Origin: Gammaproteobacteria bacterium
GTDB taxonomy: Bacteria; Pseudomonadota; Gammaproteobacteria; Ga0077554; Ga007554
DNA length: 58,106 bases
Assembly: GCA_005240065.1 (NCBI GenBank)
Contig: SBBG01000024.1
Coordinates: 1-58,106 of the forward strand
Direction of reading: 5' to 3'
The notes under the pieces were generated by a model that was not told where the DNA came from, did not search any database, and saw only the letters and a program-made list of their open reading frames with translations. Below are positions 25,295 through 37,197 of the stretch, piece after piece. How positions within the stretch are numbered: position 1 is the first letter of the stretch; each line of letters opens with the position of its first letter. The translations under genes were made by a program, and so were the position numbers.

Positions 25295-26746
25295 TCACTT
25301 CAGCGCTGCGGCACAGAGAGCGGTCAGGGCACTCGGGTACACGCCCAGGGCGAAGACGGCGAGGCCATTGGCGCTCATGGCGACGCGCATGTCGAAGCTG
25401 GAGGCGAGAGGGGCGGTCTCTTCGGCCTTATCGAAATACATCACCTTGACGATGCGCAGATAGTAGTAGGCGCCGATGACGGAGAAAATCACCGCCACCA
25501 CGGCAAGCCAGGTCATATCGGCACGGACCACCGCCTGGAGAACGGCGAGCTTGGCCCAGAAACCGACCGACACCGGGACACCCGCCATGGAAATCATGAG
25601 AATCAGCATGATGAAGGCGAACCAGGGGCTGCGGTCGTTCAGGCCCTTGAAATCGTCGATGCGGTCGGACTCAAATCCGGCGCGGCTGAGCAGCATGATC
25701 ATGCCGAAGCCGCCCAGCGCCATAATGGCATAGACAATGATGTAGAACATCGCCGACGAATAGCCATTCGCCGTCCCAGTCAGGACACCGAGCAGCAGGA
25801 AACCGACATGAGCGATGGTGGAGTAGGCGAGCATACGCTTGATGTTGCCCTGGGCGATGGCGATGATGTTGCCCACCGCCATCGAGACGATGGCGAGCAG
25901 GATCAGCATGTCCTGCCACTGCACATGCAAGCCGCCCAGGCCCTCCACCAGCAGGCGCATAAGCATGGCGAACGCAGCGATCTTCGGCGCGGTGCCGATG
26001 TAGAGCGTAACGCTGGTCGGCGCGCCATGGTAGACATCAGGCACCCACATATGGAACGGCACGGCGCCGAGCTTGAAGGCCAGCCCCACCACCACGAACA
26101 CCACGCCGAAGGCGAGTACGATGTTGTTATCACCGGGAAGCTGCTTCAGATACGCACCGACTTCGGCAATGTCGAGGCTGCCGGTAACGCCGTAGAACAT
26201 CGACAAGCCATAGAGCAGCATGCCGGAAGCCAGCGACCCCAGTACGAAATATTTCATCGCCGCCTCTGTGGCGGTGACCGAGTCACGTTGCAGTGCGACC
26301 ATCGCGTACAGCGACAGAGACAGCAGTTCAAGCCCCAGGTAGATGGTGAGGAAGCTGTGCGCGGAGACCATTACCATCATGCCCAGCACGCCGAACAGGC
26401 CGAGCACGAAATATTCGCCGGTGAAAAGCTGGCGCACGCGCAGGTATTCGCGCGAATAAAGAAACACCACTGCTGTGACGAGGTAGATGAATACCTTCAA
26501 CACATCGCCCATGGTGTCGGAGATGAAACTGCCGCCGAAGGTCAGTTGCGGCTCGCCGCTGTGCAAACCGACCGTCAGAATCGCGGCGCCGACGAGCGTG
26601 GCTTGCGACATCAGATAGGTGAGCACGCGATTGCGATCGCTCAAAAACAGGTCGATCAGCAGGATGAGGCAGGCCATGCTCAGCACGAAGATCTCCGGCA
26701 GGGCCAGCGCAAAATTGGGCATTTCAAAAGTCATGCTAGACATCAA
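25295..26746 (-). CDS. nuoN: NADH-quinone oxidoreductase subunit N
   Basis: ORF 483 aa, antiporter-like polytopic protein, last gene of the nuo operon. Confidence 0.95.
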   Translation of the reverse strand: MMSSMTFEMPNFALALPEIFVLSMACLILLIDLFLSDRNRVLTYLMSQATLVGAAILTVGLHSGEPQLTFGGSFISDTMGDVLKVFIYLVTAVVFLYSREYLRVRQLFTGEYFVLGLFGVLGMMVMVSAHSFLTIYLGLELLSLSLYAMVALQRDSVTATEAAMKYFVLGSLASGMLLYGLSMFYGVTGSLDIAEVGAYLKQLPGDNNIVLAFGVVFVVVGLAFKLGAVPFHMWVPDVYHGAPTSVTLYIGTAPKIAAFAMLMRLLVEGLGGLHVQWQDMLILLAIVSMAVGNIIAIAQGNIKRMLAYSTIAHVGFLLLGVLTGTANGYSSAMFYIIVYAIMALGGFGMIMLLSRAGFESDRIDDFKGLNDRSPWFAFIMLILMISMAGVPVSVGFWAKLAVLQAVVRADMTWLAVVAVIFSVIGAYYYLRIVKVMYFDKAEETAPLASSFDMRVAMSANGLAVFALGVYPSALTALCAAALK

Positions 26747-26786
26747 TCTTTAATTCCGGGCGTTGTTGTCGTGTCAATCGGTATAA

Positions 26787-26943
26787 GAACCTGTTTACGA
26801 TCTCGATCAAGGGATGCAGCGCAAGGCCCCCCCTGATTTAAAAAGGGCGGGCCGAAAAAGCGGAGCATACACGAAGTATGTGAGCATTTTGAGGACATTT
26901 TCAACGCGGCGATGCACCCTTCAGCGAGATCGTAAACAGGTTC
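26787..26943. mobile_element. 157-bp MITE-C variant with perfect 19-bp terminal inverted repeats (GAACCTGTTTACGATCTCG) and TAA on both flanks
   Basis: The TIRs (26787-26805 and 26925-26943) are exact reverse complements. The core shares GAAAAAGCGGAG...TGAGCATTTTGAGG with 57819-57967. TAA at 26784-26786 and 26944-26946. Confidence 0.85.
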
Positions 26944-28466
26944 TAAGGAATCACGGGAATCTTCGAGCTTACCGCCTGCTCCAGCAGGTGGCCGACCGAG
27001 GCGTGCATCACGTCCACCAGCGGCGCGGGATACACACCCAGCAGCAGCACCAGCACCGCCAGCGAACCCAACACCAGCGCCTCGCGGCCGTTCAGGTCCT
27101 GCAAGGTGGCGACGTTCGCGTTGCCCACTTGGCCGAAAATGACGCGCTTGACCATCCACAGGGTGTAGGCCGCCCCCAACACCAGCGTGGTGCTGGCGAG
27201 CAGCGCAATCCAGAAATTGGCCTTGAACGCCGAGAGTATCACCATGAACTCGCCGACGAAGCCCGAGGTGCCGGGCAGACCGGCATTGGCCATCGCGAAC
27301 AGCACCATCAGCGTGGCGAACACCGGCATGGTATTGGCGACACCGCCGTAATCGCTGATGTTGCGGCTGTGCAGACGGTCATACATCACGCCCACGCACA
27401 GAAACAACGCGCCGGAGACGAAGCCGTGCGAAATCATCTGCACCAGCGCTCCTTCCATGCCGAGCGCGGCGCCCGAGACGCTCTGGGTGTTGTCGTAGAT
27501 GCTGTAGACGAGAAAAAAGCCCAGCGTGACGAAGCCCATGTGCGAAATCGACGAATAGGCGATCAGTTTTTTCATGTCTTCCTGCACCAGCGCCACCAAT
27601 GCGATGTAGATCACCGCGATCAGCGACATGGTGATGATCAGCCAGTCCAGCTCATGGCTGGCGTCGGGCGCGATCGGCAGGATGAAGCGCACAAAGCCAT
27701 AGGCGCCGAGCTTGAGCATGATGGCGGCCAGAATCACCGAGCCGCCGGTGGGAGCTTCGACGTGCGCGTCCGGCAACCAGGTGTGCACCGGCCACATCGG
27801 CACCTTGACGGCAAAGGCGATGAGAAAGGCGAAGAACAGCAGCACCTGCGCGGTCAGACCGATGCGCAGGTCGTGGAAGTCGAGGATCGAGAAGCTGTCC
27901 GACTGGAAGTATAGATACAGCACGGCGACCAACAGCAGCACCGAGCCGAGGAAGGTATAGAGAAAGAACTTGATGGCGGCATAGACACGCCGCACCCCGC
28001 CCCAGATACCGATGATGAGGAACATCGGTATCAGCATGAACTCCCAGAACACATAGAACAGCACCGCATCGAGCGCGCAAAACACGCCGACCATCAATCC
28101 TTCCATGATCAGGAAGGCCGCCATGTACTGCGCCACGCGGTACTGGATGACTTCCCAACCGGCGATGACCACCAGCACGGTGGTGAAGGTGGTAAGCAGA
28201 ATCAGCGGCATGGAAATGCCGTCGATGCCGAGATGGTAGTTGATGTTGAAGGTCGGCACCCAGGCCGCCTCTTCAACGAACTGCATCTGATAGGTGCCGG
28301 TATCGAAGCCGGTATACAGCGGCACGGACACCGCGAAAGCCATCACCGAGAAAATCAGCGACAACCAGCGCACCAATCCATCGTTCTTGCCGGCGGCAAG
28401 CACCACTAACCCACCGATGATCGGCAGCCAGATGACCAGACTCAGAAGCGGAAAATCGGAAGACAT
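26943..28466 (-). CDS. nuoM: NADH-quinone oxidoreductase subunit M
   Basis: ORF 507 aa, antiporter-like subunit. Confidence 0.95.
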   Translation of the reverse strand: MSSDFPLLSLVIWLPIIGGLVVLAAGKNDGLVRWLSLIFSVMAFAVSVPLYTGFDTGTYQMQFVEEAAWVPTFNINYHLGIDGISMPLILLTTFTTVLVVIAGWEVIQYRVAQYMAAFLIMEGLMVGVFCALDAVLFYVFWEFMLIPMFLIIGIWGGVRRVYAAIKFFLYTFLGSVLLLVAVLYLYFQSDSFSILDFHDLRIGLTAQVLLFFAFLIAFAVKVPMWPVHTWLPDAHVEAPTGGSVILAAIMLKLGAYGFVRFILPIAPDASHELDWLIITMSLIAVIYIALVALVQEDMKKLIAYSSISHMGFVTLGFFLVYSIYDNTQSVSGAALGMEGALVQMISHGFVSGALFLCVGVMYDRLHSRNISDYGGVANTMPVFATLMVLFAMANAGLPGTSGFVGEFMVILSAFKANFWIALLASTTLVLGAAYTLWMVKRVIFGQVGNANVATLQDLNGREALVLGSLAVLVLLLGVYPAPLVDVMHASVGHLLEQAVSSKIPVIP

Positions 28467-28499
28467 TCAAAACTATCCTGGTTGTTATTCTCAGTACAA

Positions 28500-30449
28500 T
28501 CAGTACACAAAAACGGTCAACAACAAAACAAGGCCAAGAATCATGGCAAAAGCGTAATGGTACAGGAAACCCGACTGCACGCGGCGAATCAGCGTGGCAA
28601 CCCAGCCGATGCCGAACGCCGTGCCGTTCACCATCATGCCGTCGATCAGCTTGACGTCTCCCATGCGCCAGAAAGCGCGCCCCACACCGCGGCTGCCACC
28701 GGCAAAAACCGTGTCGTTGAAATCATCGAAACCGTATTTCTTGTCGAGAATGTTGTATAGGCCCGAGAAACGCTCCTTGATCGCGGCGGGCAGATCCGGG
28801 CGCTTCATATACAGGAACCAGGCCACAGCCACGCCGGCAAAGGACAGCCACACCGCGGGCGCCATCAAGCCGTGCAGCACGAACGCCAGCGGGCCGTGGT
28901 ATTCGCCACCCATCACGCCCAGCACATCGTGCTCGGGCAAGACGAAAATGGCGCGGCCGAAGAAATCACCGAACTGCAAGGGACCGATCGCGATGGCGCC
29001 AACGATGATGGACGGGATAGCCAGCAACACCAAAGGCATGGTGACCACCGTCGGCGACTCATGCAGATGTTCTCGGGTATGCTCGTCCATGCGCTCCTTG
29101 CCATGAAACACCAGGAAGAACATGCGGAAGGTATACAGCGCTGTGACAAATACGCCGAGCAGCACCGCCGCATAGGCAAATCCCGCTCCCGGCACGACCG
29201 ACAGATTCACCGCTTCGATGATGCTGTCCTTGGAGAAGAATCCCGAAAAGCCGGGAAAACCGATCAGGGCCAGCGCGCCAATCAGGAACGTCCAATAGGT
29301 GATGGGCATATATTTCTTCAGGCCGCCCATCTTGCTGATGTCCTGCTCGTGGTGCATGGCGATGATCACCGAACCGGCAGCGAGAAACAGCAGCGCCTTG
29401 AAGAAGGCATGGGTCATGAGGTGGAAAATGCCGGTGGCATAGGCTGACGCGCCCAGCGCCACGGTCATGTAACCAAGCTGGGACAGCGTGGAGTAGGCCA
29501 CCACACGTTTGATATCGTTCTGCACCAGACCGAGCAGGCCCATGAACAGCGCCGTCACGGCGCCGGTGATGATCACCACGCTGAGCGCCGTCTGCGACAG
29601 TTCATACAGCGGCGACATGCGCGCCACCATGAAGATGCCAGCGGTCACCATGGTCGCGGCATGGATCAGCGCCGAGATCGGTGTCGGGCCTTCCATCGAG
29701 TCCGGCAACCAGACATGCAGCGGCACCTGCGCCGATTTGCCCATGGCACCGATGAACAGCAGGACACAGATCATGGTGATGACCGACCATTGCTGATTCA
29801 TCGCCACCTCGACGGTGGCGTTCGCCATCGACGGCGCGGCGCGGAACACGTCGGCGTAATCCAGGCTATTGAAATACACCAGCACTGCGGCGATACCGAG
29901 CAGGAAGCCGAGGTCACCGACACGATTGACCAGAAATGCCTTGAGATTGGCATAGATGGCCGATTCGCGCTGATACCAGAAACCGATCAGCAGATAGGAC
30001 ACCAGACCCACCGCCTCCCAGCCAAAGAACAACTGCATGAAGTTGTTCGACATCACCAGCATCAGCATGGAAAAGGTGAACAGCGAGATGTAGCTGAAAA
30101 AGCGCTGATAACCGGGATCATCGTGCATGTAGCCGATGGTATAGATGTGCACCATCAGCGAGACAAAGGTCACGACCACCATCATCAACGCCGTGAGCTC
30201 GTCGATCAGGAAGCCGACCTCGAACTTGAAGCCATCGCTAACCAGCCAGGTATACACCGCGCCATTGAAGGGATCGGCGCCGTCGATGATGATGTCCTTG
30301 AAAACGACCAGTGACAGCGCAAATGAAACGGCGACACCGATGATGGTTGCCCAATGCGCCCCGGCACGACCCACGGCCTTGCCGAACAGGCCCGCGACGA
30401 TCGCGCCGAACAACGGCGCCAGTACGATGGCGAGAGAGATATTCTGCAT
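28500..30449 (-). CDS. nuoL: NADH-quinone oxidoreductase subunit L
   Basis: ORF 649 aa, antiporter-like subunit with a C-terminal lateral-helix extension. Confidence 0.95.
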   Translation of the reverse strand: MQNISLAIVLAPLFGAIVAGLFGKAVGRAGAHWATIIGVAVSFALSLVVFKDIIIDGADPFNGAVYTWLVSDGFKFEVGFLIDELTALMMVVVTFVSLMVHIYTIGYMHDDPGYQRFFSYISLFTFSMLMLVMSNNFMQLFFGWEAVGLVSYLLIGFWYQRESAIYANLKAFLVNRVGDLGFLLGIAAVLVYFNSLDYADVFRAAPSMANATVEVAMNQQWSVITMICVLLFIGAMGKSAQVPLHVWLPDSMEGPTPISALIHAATMVTAGIFMVARMSPLYELSQTALSVVIITGAVTALFMGLLGLVQNDIKRVVAYSTLSQLGYMTVALGASAYATGIFHLMTHAFFKALLFLAAGSVIIAMHHEQDISKMGGLKKYMPITYWTFLIGALALIGFPGFSGFFSKDSIIEAVNLSVVPGAGFAYAAVLLGVFVTALYTFRMFFLVFHGKERMDEHTREHLHESPTVVTMPLVLLAIPSIIVGAIAIGPLQFGDFFGRAIFVLPEHDVLGVMGGEYHGPLAFVLHGLMAPAVWLSFAGVAVAWFLYMKRPDLPAAIKERFSGLYNILDKKYGFDDFNDTVFAGGSRGVGRAFWRMGDVKLIDGMMVNGTAFGIGWVATLIRRVQSGFLYHYAFAMILGLVLLLTVFVY

Positions 30450-30464
30450 GATCCTGGGCGCTCC

Positions 30465-30770
30465 TTATCCTTTCAGCGTGTCGAGATGTTCGACGTTGAT
30501 GGTGCGCCTGTTGCGGAACAGCACGACGAGAATGGCCAGCCCGATGGCGGCCTCGGCGGCGGCGACCGTCAGAATGAAAAAGACGAAGACCTGGCCGGCG
30601 GTATCGCCAAGATAATGTGAGAAGGCGATGAAATTCATGTTCACCGCCAGCAGCATCAACTCGATCGCCATCAGCAGAATGATGACGTTCTTGCGATTGA
30701 GAAAAATCCCGGCAAGACTGACGCAGAACAGCACAGCTCCCAGGATCAAAAAATCCGACAACGCGATCAT
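30465..30770 (-). CDS. nuoK: NADH-quinone oxidoreductase subunit K
   Basis: ORF 30465..30788. ATG 30770 ([15 protein letters not shown]) gives the canonical length of about 101 aa. Confidence 0.9.
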   Translation of the reverse strand: MIALSDFLILGAVLFCVSLAGIFLNRKNVIILLMAIELMLLAVNMNFIAFSHYLGDTAGQVFVFFILTVAAAEAAIGLAILVVLFRNRRTINVEHLDTLKG

Positions 30771-30808
30771 TGCGTCCCCACCCTTCAATAATTTTTGTGC
30801 TTCTACAC

Positions 30809-30858
30809 GTAGGGTGCGCCGTGCGCACCACCCTTGCGGTGCGCACGGCGCACCCTAC
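30809..30858. repeat. REP-A inverted pair inside the nuo operon (nuoJ-nuoK spacer)
   Basis: GTAGGGTGCGCCGTGCGCACC-ACCCTTGC-GGTGCGCACGGCGCACCCTAC. Confidence 0.9.
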
Positions 30859-30877
30859 AAAATACCGCGTTTGAACC

Positions 30878-31480
30878 TCAACCTTCTTTCTTTTCCGCTT
30901 CCATCTTGATGATACGCAAACGATCGTCGCGGCGCGTCATGACCTGCTCGGTCACGTTCTGGTACTTGGTCTGCGGCCGGCGGCGCAGGGTCAAGGCGAT
31001 GGCCGCGATGATCGCCACCAGCAGAATCGCCGCGGCGATCTCGAACGGATAGACATAGACCGTATAAAGTATCCGCCCCAGTTCCTTGGTGTTACTGTAA
31101 TCGGCCATGTGCCGGACCGGCTCGGCGAAATGCTCGAGACCGAAGTATTTCGGGCCAACCGCGACCGCCATTTCGATCACCACAATCAGCGCCACGCCGA
31201 TGCCCAGCGGCAGGTAACGGATGAACCCCTCGCGCAATACCGCGATGTTGATATCCAGCATCATCACCACGAACAGGAACAATACCATTACCGCGCCGAC
31301 ATACACCAGCACCAGGGTGATGGCAAGGAACTCCACCTCGAGCAGCAGCCACACCGCCGCGCTGGTGAAGAATGCCAGCACCAGAAACAGCACCGCATGC
31401 ACCGGATTGCGGACGGTGATGACCAGAATCGACGACGCGACCAATATCGCCGCAAAAACGTAAAAAATGATTTGTTCCAT
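30878..31480 (-). CDS. nuoJ: NADH-quinone oxidoreductase subunit J
   Basis: ORF 200 aa. Confidence 0.95.
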   Translation of the reverse strand: MEQIIFYVFAAILVASSILVITVRNPVHAVLFLVLAFFTSAAVWLLLEVEFLAITLVLVYVGAVMVLFLFVVMMLDINIAVLREGFIRYLPLGIGVALIVVIEMAVAVGPKYFGLEHFAEPVRHMADYSNTKELGRILYTVYVYPFEIAAAILLVAIIAAIALTLRRRPQTKYQNVTEQVMTRRDDRLRIIKMEAEKKEG

Positions 31481-31493
31481 TTACCCCTCGGAC

Positions 31494-31985
31494 TTAACGG
31501 TAAGCCGCATCCTTGGCGCGATCGGCGGCGATCTCTTTTTCGTAGCGGTCACCCATCGCCAACAGTTTGTCCTTGGTCATCACCGTGCCATCGCGGCTCT
31601 CGAAATGATATTCGAAGAGACGCGTTTCGACGATGGCATCGACCGGACACGCCTCTTCGCAAAAACCGCAGTAGATGCATTTGAACAGGTCGATATCGTA
31701 GCGGGTGGTACGGCGCGTACCGTCCTCGCGCTGCGCCGAATCAATGGTGATGGAAAGCGCCGGGCACACCGCCTCGCACAGTTTGCAGGCGATACAGCGT
31801 TCCTCGCCGTTGGCGTAGCGGCGCAGCGCGTGCAAGCCACGGAAACGAAACGACTGCGGCGTTTTCTCTTCCGGGTATTGCACCGTGATCTTCTTGGCGA
31901 AGAAATACCTGCCGGTGAGCTTCAGGCCAATCAGCAGCTCCCACAACAGCAGACTTTTGAAATAGTTTGTGATTACGTTCATCAC
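31494..31985 (-). CDS. nuoI: NADH-quinone oxidoreductase subunit I (2x[4Fe-4S])
   Basis: ORF 163 aa. Two CxxCxxCxxxCP motifs ([24 protein letters not shown]). Confidence 0.95.
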   Translation of the reverse strand: MMNVITNYFKSLLLWELLIGLKLTGRYFFAKKITVQYPEEKTPQSFRFRGLHALRRYANGEERCIACKLCEAVCPALSITIDSAQREDGTRRTTRYDIDLFKCIYCGFCEEACPVDAIVETRLFEYHFESRDGTVMTKDKLLAMGDRYEKEIAADRAKDAAYR

Positions 31986-32003
31986 AGCCTCCCAACACCC
32001 TTA

Positions 32004-32039
32004 CTTCCCCCCTCTCCCGCAAGCGGGAGAGGGGGGAAG
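32004..32039. repeat. REP-B perfect palindrome (17-bp arms, 2-nt loop) in the nuoH-nuoI spacer
   Basis: CTTCCCCCCTCTCCCGC-AA-GCGGGAGAGGGGGGAAG. Confidence 0.9.
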
Positions 32040-32074
32040 GCGGAAATAATAACCTTTTAGAGACGCCCTTTACA

Positions 32075-33121
32075 TCAATCAAACCACGGCCCGATTTGGG
32101 CCAGCACCGCGGCACCCACCACCAGCAGCCAGACAATAGTGATCGGAATGAAGATTTTCCAGCCCAAGCGCATGATCTGGTCATAGCGGTAGCGCGGGAA
32201 AGTGGCGCGGAACCACAAGAATAAAAACAGGAACACGCTTATCTTGGCCAGCAGCCAGAAGATGCTCGGCACCCAGGCCAGGGCCTCGCCTAGCACCGGT
32301 ATGCCTTCGAAGGGCGACAGCCACCCGCCAAGGAACATGATCGCCACGAGCGCCGATACCAGGATCATATTCGCGTATTCGGCCAGGAAAAACAGGCCGA
32401 ACGTCATGCCAGAATATTCGACGTGGAAACCCGCGACGATTTCGGACTCGCCCTCGGCCACATCGAACGGCGCGCGATTGGTTTCCGCCACACCGGAAAT
32501 GAAATACACCAGGAACAGCGGCAGCAGCGGCAGCCAGTACCAATGCAGGAAGCTCCCCTGCTGCGCCAACACGATCTCACGCAGATTCAGGCTGCCGGCG
32601 GCAATCAACACGCCGACCAGGGCGAAGCCCATGGCGATTTCGTAGGACACCACCTGCGCCGCAGAGCGTAATGCACCGAGAAATGCATACTTGGAGTTGG
32701 ATGCCCAGCCGGCAATGATGATGCCGTAGACGCCCAATGAAGTCATCGCCAGGATGTAAAGCAGACCGGCGTCCACGTTGGCCAGTACCAGCGTCTCGTC
32801 GAAAGGGATCACTGCCCACGCTGCAAGCGCGGGGGCCAACGCCACGATCGGCCCGAGGATGAACAGAAAGCGGTTAGCGTTGGTGGGAACGATGATCTCC
32901 TTCAGCACCAGCTTCAGGCCGTCGGCGATAGGCTGCAACAAACCGCGCGGACCGACGCGATTGGGGCCGATACGCACCTGGATATAACCGATCACCTTGC
33001 GCTCGGCCAGTGTGAGATAGGCCACCGACAGCATGATCGGCACCACGATCACCACGATCTTGAGCACGATTTGCAGGAGTTCCGGAATGCTACCCCATAC
33101 GGCTTGCAGTGTCTCAAGCAT
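32075..33121 (-). CDS. nuoH: NADH-quinone oxidoreductase subunit H
   Basis: ORF 348 aa. Confidence 0.95.
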   Translation of the reverse strand: MLETLQAVWGSIPELLQIVLKIVVIVVPIMLSVAYLTLAERKVIGYIQVRIGPNRVGPRGLLQPIADGLKLVLKEIIVPTNANRFLFILGPIVALAPALAAWAVIPFDETLVLANVDAGLLYILAMTSLGVYGIIIAGWASNSKYAFLGALRSAAQVVSYEIAMGFALVGVLIAAGSLNLREIVLAQQGSFLHWYWLPLLPLFLVYFISGVAETNRAPFDVAEGESEIVAGFHVEYSGMTFGLFFLAEYANMILVSALVAIMFLGGWLSPFEGIPVLGEALAWVPSIFWLLAKISVFLFLFLWFRATFPRYRYDQIMRLGWKIFIPITIVWLLVVGAAVLAQIGPWFD

Positions 33122-35369
33122 GGGCGGCCACCTTTTCGCCAGGGGCGGTCACGGCGGCTTCGTCTTGCACATCGAGCCGCGTCATCACGGCGCGAATGCT
33201 GTCAAACCAGGCTGCCGCATCCTGTCCATCGGAGGTATGTCGCAACGCGGGAGCGCGGCGCACTATGGCGTCCACCGCGTACATCGGCGGCAGATTGATC
33301 CGCGCCTCGGCGTCACTCAATCCGGCCGGGCAACGCCACGGTATCCGGTTGTCCGCCTTGAGGTCTCCCGTCGCACTGCGCAGCTCGTCGCGCACTTGCT
33401 CCGAAGACATGTAATCGAAACCATCGAGATTGAACAGATTGCCCAACACGCGCAGCACCTTCCACGCCGGCCGTGTCTCGCCCAGCGGCGCAACCACACC
33501 GCAAAAGCTCTGCCAGCGTCCTTCGGCATTGATGAAGGTGCCCGAGGTTTCGGTGAACGGCGCGATCGGCAAAATGACGTCGGCATAGCGCTGCATCGCC
33601 TCGGTCTTGCAGGGCGACAGCGATATCACGAAATCGGCCCTTTGCATGGCTCCAAGCGCAAGCTCGGCGTCGGCACAATCGAATTCAGGTTCGATACCCA
33701 GCAAGAGATAACTCTTGAGCCTGGCCTCCAGCATGGCGTGCGCATTCAGCCCTGGACTGGATACCGGTTTGCCAGCCGCATGGCGATGCGGCAAGGCGCC
33801 GGCCAGCCAGCCGCCCGCGCTGTTGCCGGCCTCGGGCAGATAACCGAGCGTGGCGCCGCTCGACTCGGCGATCACGCCCGCCAGAGCGCGCAACGTCGAA
33901 AAACGGGAATGGGTCAATGCTTGGCTGCCCAACAGCACCGTGGCCTTGTTCGCGTCACTCAGTGCCTTGGCGATGGCGTTATGAGACTCGTCCATCGTCA
34001 CCTGCGCCAGTAGCGCGCCCAAGCCTTCAGGAGCGGCGGCGCCGCTGATCTGCAACAACGCCTTGGCAATGGCAGCAAGGTCACGCTCCATGCCGGCGGG
34101 ACCGGAAGTGAGTTTGGCTTTGACCGGGAAATTGAAATCATGATCCCCGGCATTGACGAACATCACGCTCGCGCCGCGCAACGCGGCCTTGCGCAGGCGA
34201 TGCGCGGCGATCGGCTGTTCCTTGCGCACATTGGAACCGATCAGTAAGCCGGCGTCGAGGTGTTCCAGATCCTGTATCGCCTGACCCAACCATGGATAGA
34301 GCGGCGCGGCATCCTGATCGCTAAAATCGGCCTGGCGCAGGCGATGATCGACGTTAGAACCACCCAGGGCACGCACCAGCTTCTGGGTGAGATACATCTC
34401 TTCAAGGGAAGCGATCGGCGACACCAATGTACCAAGCTGACCCGCGCCGTAGCGTGTGATCACAGCTTTCAGGCCATTCACCGCGAACTCGAAGGCGGTC
34501 GTCCAGTCGGTCTGCTGCCACTTGCCGTCCTTCTTGATCATCGGCGTGCGCAGGCGATCGGCGGCGTTCAGACCCTCGTAACTAAAACGGTCGCGGTCGG
34601 AAATCCAGGTCTCGTTGATCTCTTCGTTCTCGCGCGGCACGACGCGCATCACCTTGTCGCCGCGCACGTCGACATGCAGATTGGAACCGATGCAGTCATG
34701 CGGCGCGACGGTGTCGCGGCGCTGCATCTCCCAGGCCCGTGCGGCATAGCGGAACGGCTTGGAGGTCAGCGCACCCACCGGACAAAGATCGATGACATTG
34801 CCGGACATTTCCGAAGAAATCGACTTTTCCACGTAGGTGCCAATCTCCATGTGCTCGCCGCGCCCCGTCGCGCCGAGCTCCTTGATGCCGGCGATTTCCT
34901 CGCCGAAACGCACACAGCGTGTGCAATGAATGCAGCGCGTCATGTCCGTCGCAATCAGTGGCCCGATGTTCTTATCCTTGATCACACGCTTCTTTTCGAG
35001 AAAGCGCGAACCGCTGGCGCCATAGCCCAGCGACAAGTCCTGCAAATCGCACTCGCCACCCTGGTCACAGATCGGACAATCCAGCGGATGGTTGATGAGC
35101 AGAAACTCCATGACGCCCTTTTGCGCATCCAGCGCGCGCGGCGACTTGGTGTGGATCTTCATGCCCTCGGTGACAGGTGTGGCGCAGGCCGGCAGCGGCT
35201 TAGCGGCCTTGTCGACCTCGACCAGGCACATGCGGCAATTTGCCGCGATGGACAGTTTTTTGTGATAGCAGAAACGGGGAATGGCGATGCCCGCGTCATC
35301 TGCAGCTTCGATCACCATCGCGCCGTCTCTGGCCTCGATCTGTTTTCCGTCGATCTCGATATTTACCAT
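33114..35369 (-). CDS. nuoG: NADH-quinone oxidoreductase subunit G
   Basis: ORF 751 aa. N-terminal 2Fe-2S and 4Fe-4S Cys clusters ([15 protein letters not shown]; [10 protein letters not shown]). Confidence 0.95.
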   Translation of the reverse strand: MVNIEIDGKQIEARDGAMVIEAADDAGIAIPRFCYHKKLSIAANCRMCLVEVDKAAKPLPACATPVTEGMKIHTKSPRALDAQKGVMEFLLINHPLDCPICDQGGECDLQDLSLGYGASGSRFLEKKRVIKDKNIGPLIATDMTRCIHCTRCVRFGEEIAGIKELGATGRGEHMEIGTYVEKSISSEMSGNVIDLCPVGALTSKPFRYAARAWEMQRRDTVAPHDCIGSNLHVDVRGDKVMRVVPRENEEINETWISDRDRFSYEGLNAADRLRTPMIKKDGKWQQTDWTTAFEFAVNGLKAVITRYGAGQLGTLVSPIASLEEMYLTQKLVRALGGSNVDHRLRQADFSDQDAAPLYPWLGQAIQDLEHLDAGLLIGSNVRKEQPIAAHRLRKAALRGASVMFVNAGDHDFNFPVKAKLTSGPAGMERDLAAIAKALLQISGAAAPEGLGALLAQVTMDESHNAIAKALSDANKATVLLGSQALTHSRFSTLRALAGVIAESSGATLGYLPEAGNSAGGWLAGALPHRHAAGKPVSSPGLNAHAMLEARLKSYLLLGIEPEFDCADAELALGAMQRADFVISLSPCKTEAMQRYADVILPIAPFTETSGTFINAEGRWQSFCGVVAPLGETRPAWKVLRVLGNLFNLDGFDYMSSEQVRDELRSATGDLKADNRIPWRCPAGLSDAEARINLPPMYAVDAIVRRAPALRHTSDGQDAAAWFDSIRAVMTRLDVQDEAAVTAPGEKVAAHA

Positions 35370-35392
35370 GGATTACTGTCCGTCATTAACTG

Positions 35393-36697
35393 TCATGCGG
35401 CCACGGCGGATTCCGCAGCCGAAGCGCCCGGCCCGACCAGGCAACGGCCGTGGTCGATGTGATACTGGAACTCGTCGCGGAAGTGTTTGATGAAGCTGAT
35501 CACCGGCAGCGCCGCAGCATCGCCAAGCGCGCAAATGGTGCGCCCCTGGATCTTGTTGGAAACATCGACCAGCATATCGAGGTCTTCCTGCCTGCCGTGA
35601 CCATGCTCGATGCGATGAATCACCCGCGCCAGCCAGCCTGTGCCCTCGCGACAGGGAGTGCACTGACCGCAGGATTCCTCATAATAAAACTCAGCGATGC
35701 GTGCCAGCAGCTTGACCATGCAGGTGGTGTCATCCATGATGATGACCGAACCCGCGCCCAGCATGGAACCAGCCTTGGCAATGGAATCATAATCCATGTT
35801 CACGCCCATCATCACATCGCCCGGCACCACCGGCGTGGAGGAGCCTCCCGGAATCACCGCCTTGAGCTTACGGCCGCCGCGCATGCCGCCGGCCATTTCC
35901 AGCAACTCGGCGAACGGTGTGCCCATCGGCACCTCGTAATTGCCGGGCTTGTTGACGTGACCGGAGACGGAGAAGATCTTGGTGCCGCCGTTGTTGGGCT
36001 TGCCAAGCTCCAGAAACCAGCGTCCACCATTGCGCATGATGTAAGGAATCGAAGCCAGCGTCTCGGTATTGTTGATGGTGGTCGGTCGCCCATACACGCC
36101 GAAGCTCGCTGGGAACGGCGGCTTGAAACGTGGCTGGCCTTTCTTGCCTTCCAGAGATTCGATTAGCGCCGTCTCCTCTCCGCAGATATAGGCGCCCGCC
36201 CCCAGATGGGTGTGCAACTCGAAATCGACGCCCGAACCCAGGATGTTTTTGCCCAGCAGGCCCGCGGCACGCGCTTCGGCCAGCGCCGCTTCGAAGCGCT
36301 CGTAAGGTTCCCAGAACTCACCACGAATGTAGTTGTAACCCATCGTCGCGCCGATGGTGTAACCGGCAATCGCCATGCCCTCAATCAGCGCATGGGGGTT
36401 GTAACGCAGGATGTCGCGATCCTTGAAAGTGCCCGGCTCGCCCTCGTCGGAATTGCACACGATGTACTTTTGTCCGGGCACGTTACGCGGCATGAAACTC
36501 CACTTCAAGCCGGTGGGAAACCCCGCGCCACCACGGCCACGCAAGGCGGAAGCCTTGACTTCGGCGATGATTTCATCGGCTGGTGTCTTTTCCGCCAGAA
36601 TCTTCTTCCATGCCTGGTAGCCACCGGAGGCCAGATACGTTTCCAGGGTCCAGGGCTTGTCGAGATGCAGCGTGCTGAAACAAACTTCGTTCGCCAT
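35393..36697 (-). CDS. nuoF: NADH-quinone oxidoreductase subunit F
   Basis: ORF 434 aa. NADH/FMN site [10 protein letters not shown]. 4Fe-4S motif [12 protein letters not shown]. Confidence 0.95.
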   Translation of the reverse strand: MANEVCFSTLHLDKPWTLETYLASGGYQAWKKILAEKTPADEIIAEVKASALRGRGGAGFPTGLKWSFMPRNVPGQKYIVCNSDEGEPGTFKDRDILRYNPHALIEGMAIAGYTIGATMGYNYIRGEFWEPYERFEAALAEARAAGLLGKNILGSGVDFELHTHLGAGAYICGEETALIESLEGKKGQPRFKPPFPASFGVYGRPTTINNTETLASIPYIMRNGGRWFLELGKPNNGGTKIFSVSGHVNKPGNYEVPMGTPFAELLEMAGGMRGGRKLKAVIPGGSSTPVVPGDVMMGVNMDYDSIAKAGSMLGAGSVIIMDDTTCMVKLLARIAEFYYEESCGQCTPCREGTGWLARVIHRIEHGHGRQEDLDMLVDVSNKIQGRTICALGDAAALPVISFIKHFRDEFQYHIDHGRCLVGPGASAAESAVAA

Positions 36698-36702
36698 GAC
36701 CG

Positions 36703-37197
36703 TTACTCCAAACCATCCAGAATGGCGTCGATTTTCGCCGGCGTGAGATTTTCATGGTATTGCCGGCCGACCTGAAACATCGGAGCACCCGCGCACGCTC
36801 CCAGGCACTCCACTCCGCGCAGGGTGAATTTGCCGTCCGGCGTGGTTCCACCCATCCGCACGCCCAGTTTGTTTTCGAGATGCGCGACGATTTCATCCGA
36901 ACCGCACAGCATGCACGAGATATTGGTGCAGACGTTGATCTTGTGACGTCCGACGGGTTTGAGCGAGTACATGGAATAAAACGTCGCCACCTCGTAAACC
37001 GAGATCGGCTCCATTTCGAGATATGCCGCGATGGCATCCATCAGCTCCCTGGTCAACCAGCCGCCGTTTTCATCCTGCACGATACTGAGCGCCGCCATTA
37101 CCGCGGACTGCTTCTGCTGTGGCGGATACTTGGCGATCCAGCGGTCTATCTCGGCACGCGCCTGAGCGGAAATCAGATTCGTATTGCCCTGCGACAT
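36703..37197 (-). CDS. nuoE: NADH-quinone oxidoreductase subunit E
   Basis: ORF 164 aa. 2Fe-2S Cys residues (VCTNISC...CLGAC). Confidence 0.95.
   Translation of the reverse strand: MSQGNTNLISAQARAEIDRWIAKYPPQQKQSAVMAALSIVQDENGGWLTRELMDAIAAYLEMEPISVYEVATFYSMYSLKPVGRHKINVCTNISCMLCGSDEIVAHLENKLGVRMGGTTPDGKFTLRGVECLGACAGAPMFQVGRQYHENLTPAKIDAILDGLE

Noticed and set aside
25238-26836. Long antisense ORFs opposite real genes (25238..26836 versus nuoN, 26814..27914 versus nuoM, 34260..35462 versus nuoG, 53394..54515 beyond nt ~53580 versus proB, 54749..56245 versus purT, 11411..12973 versus arsB)
   Set aside because: All are His/Arg/Gly/Asp/Ala-rich low-complexity translations on the opposite strand or in an alternative frame of genes with unambiguous motifs. 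This is typical of high-GC third-position bias and is not evidence of overlapping genes.
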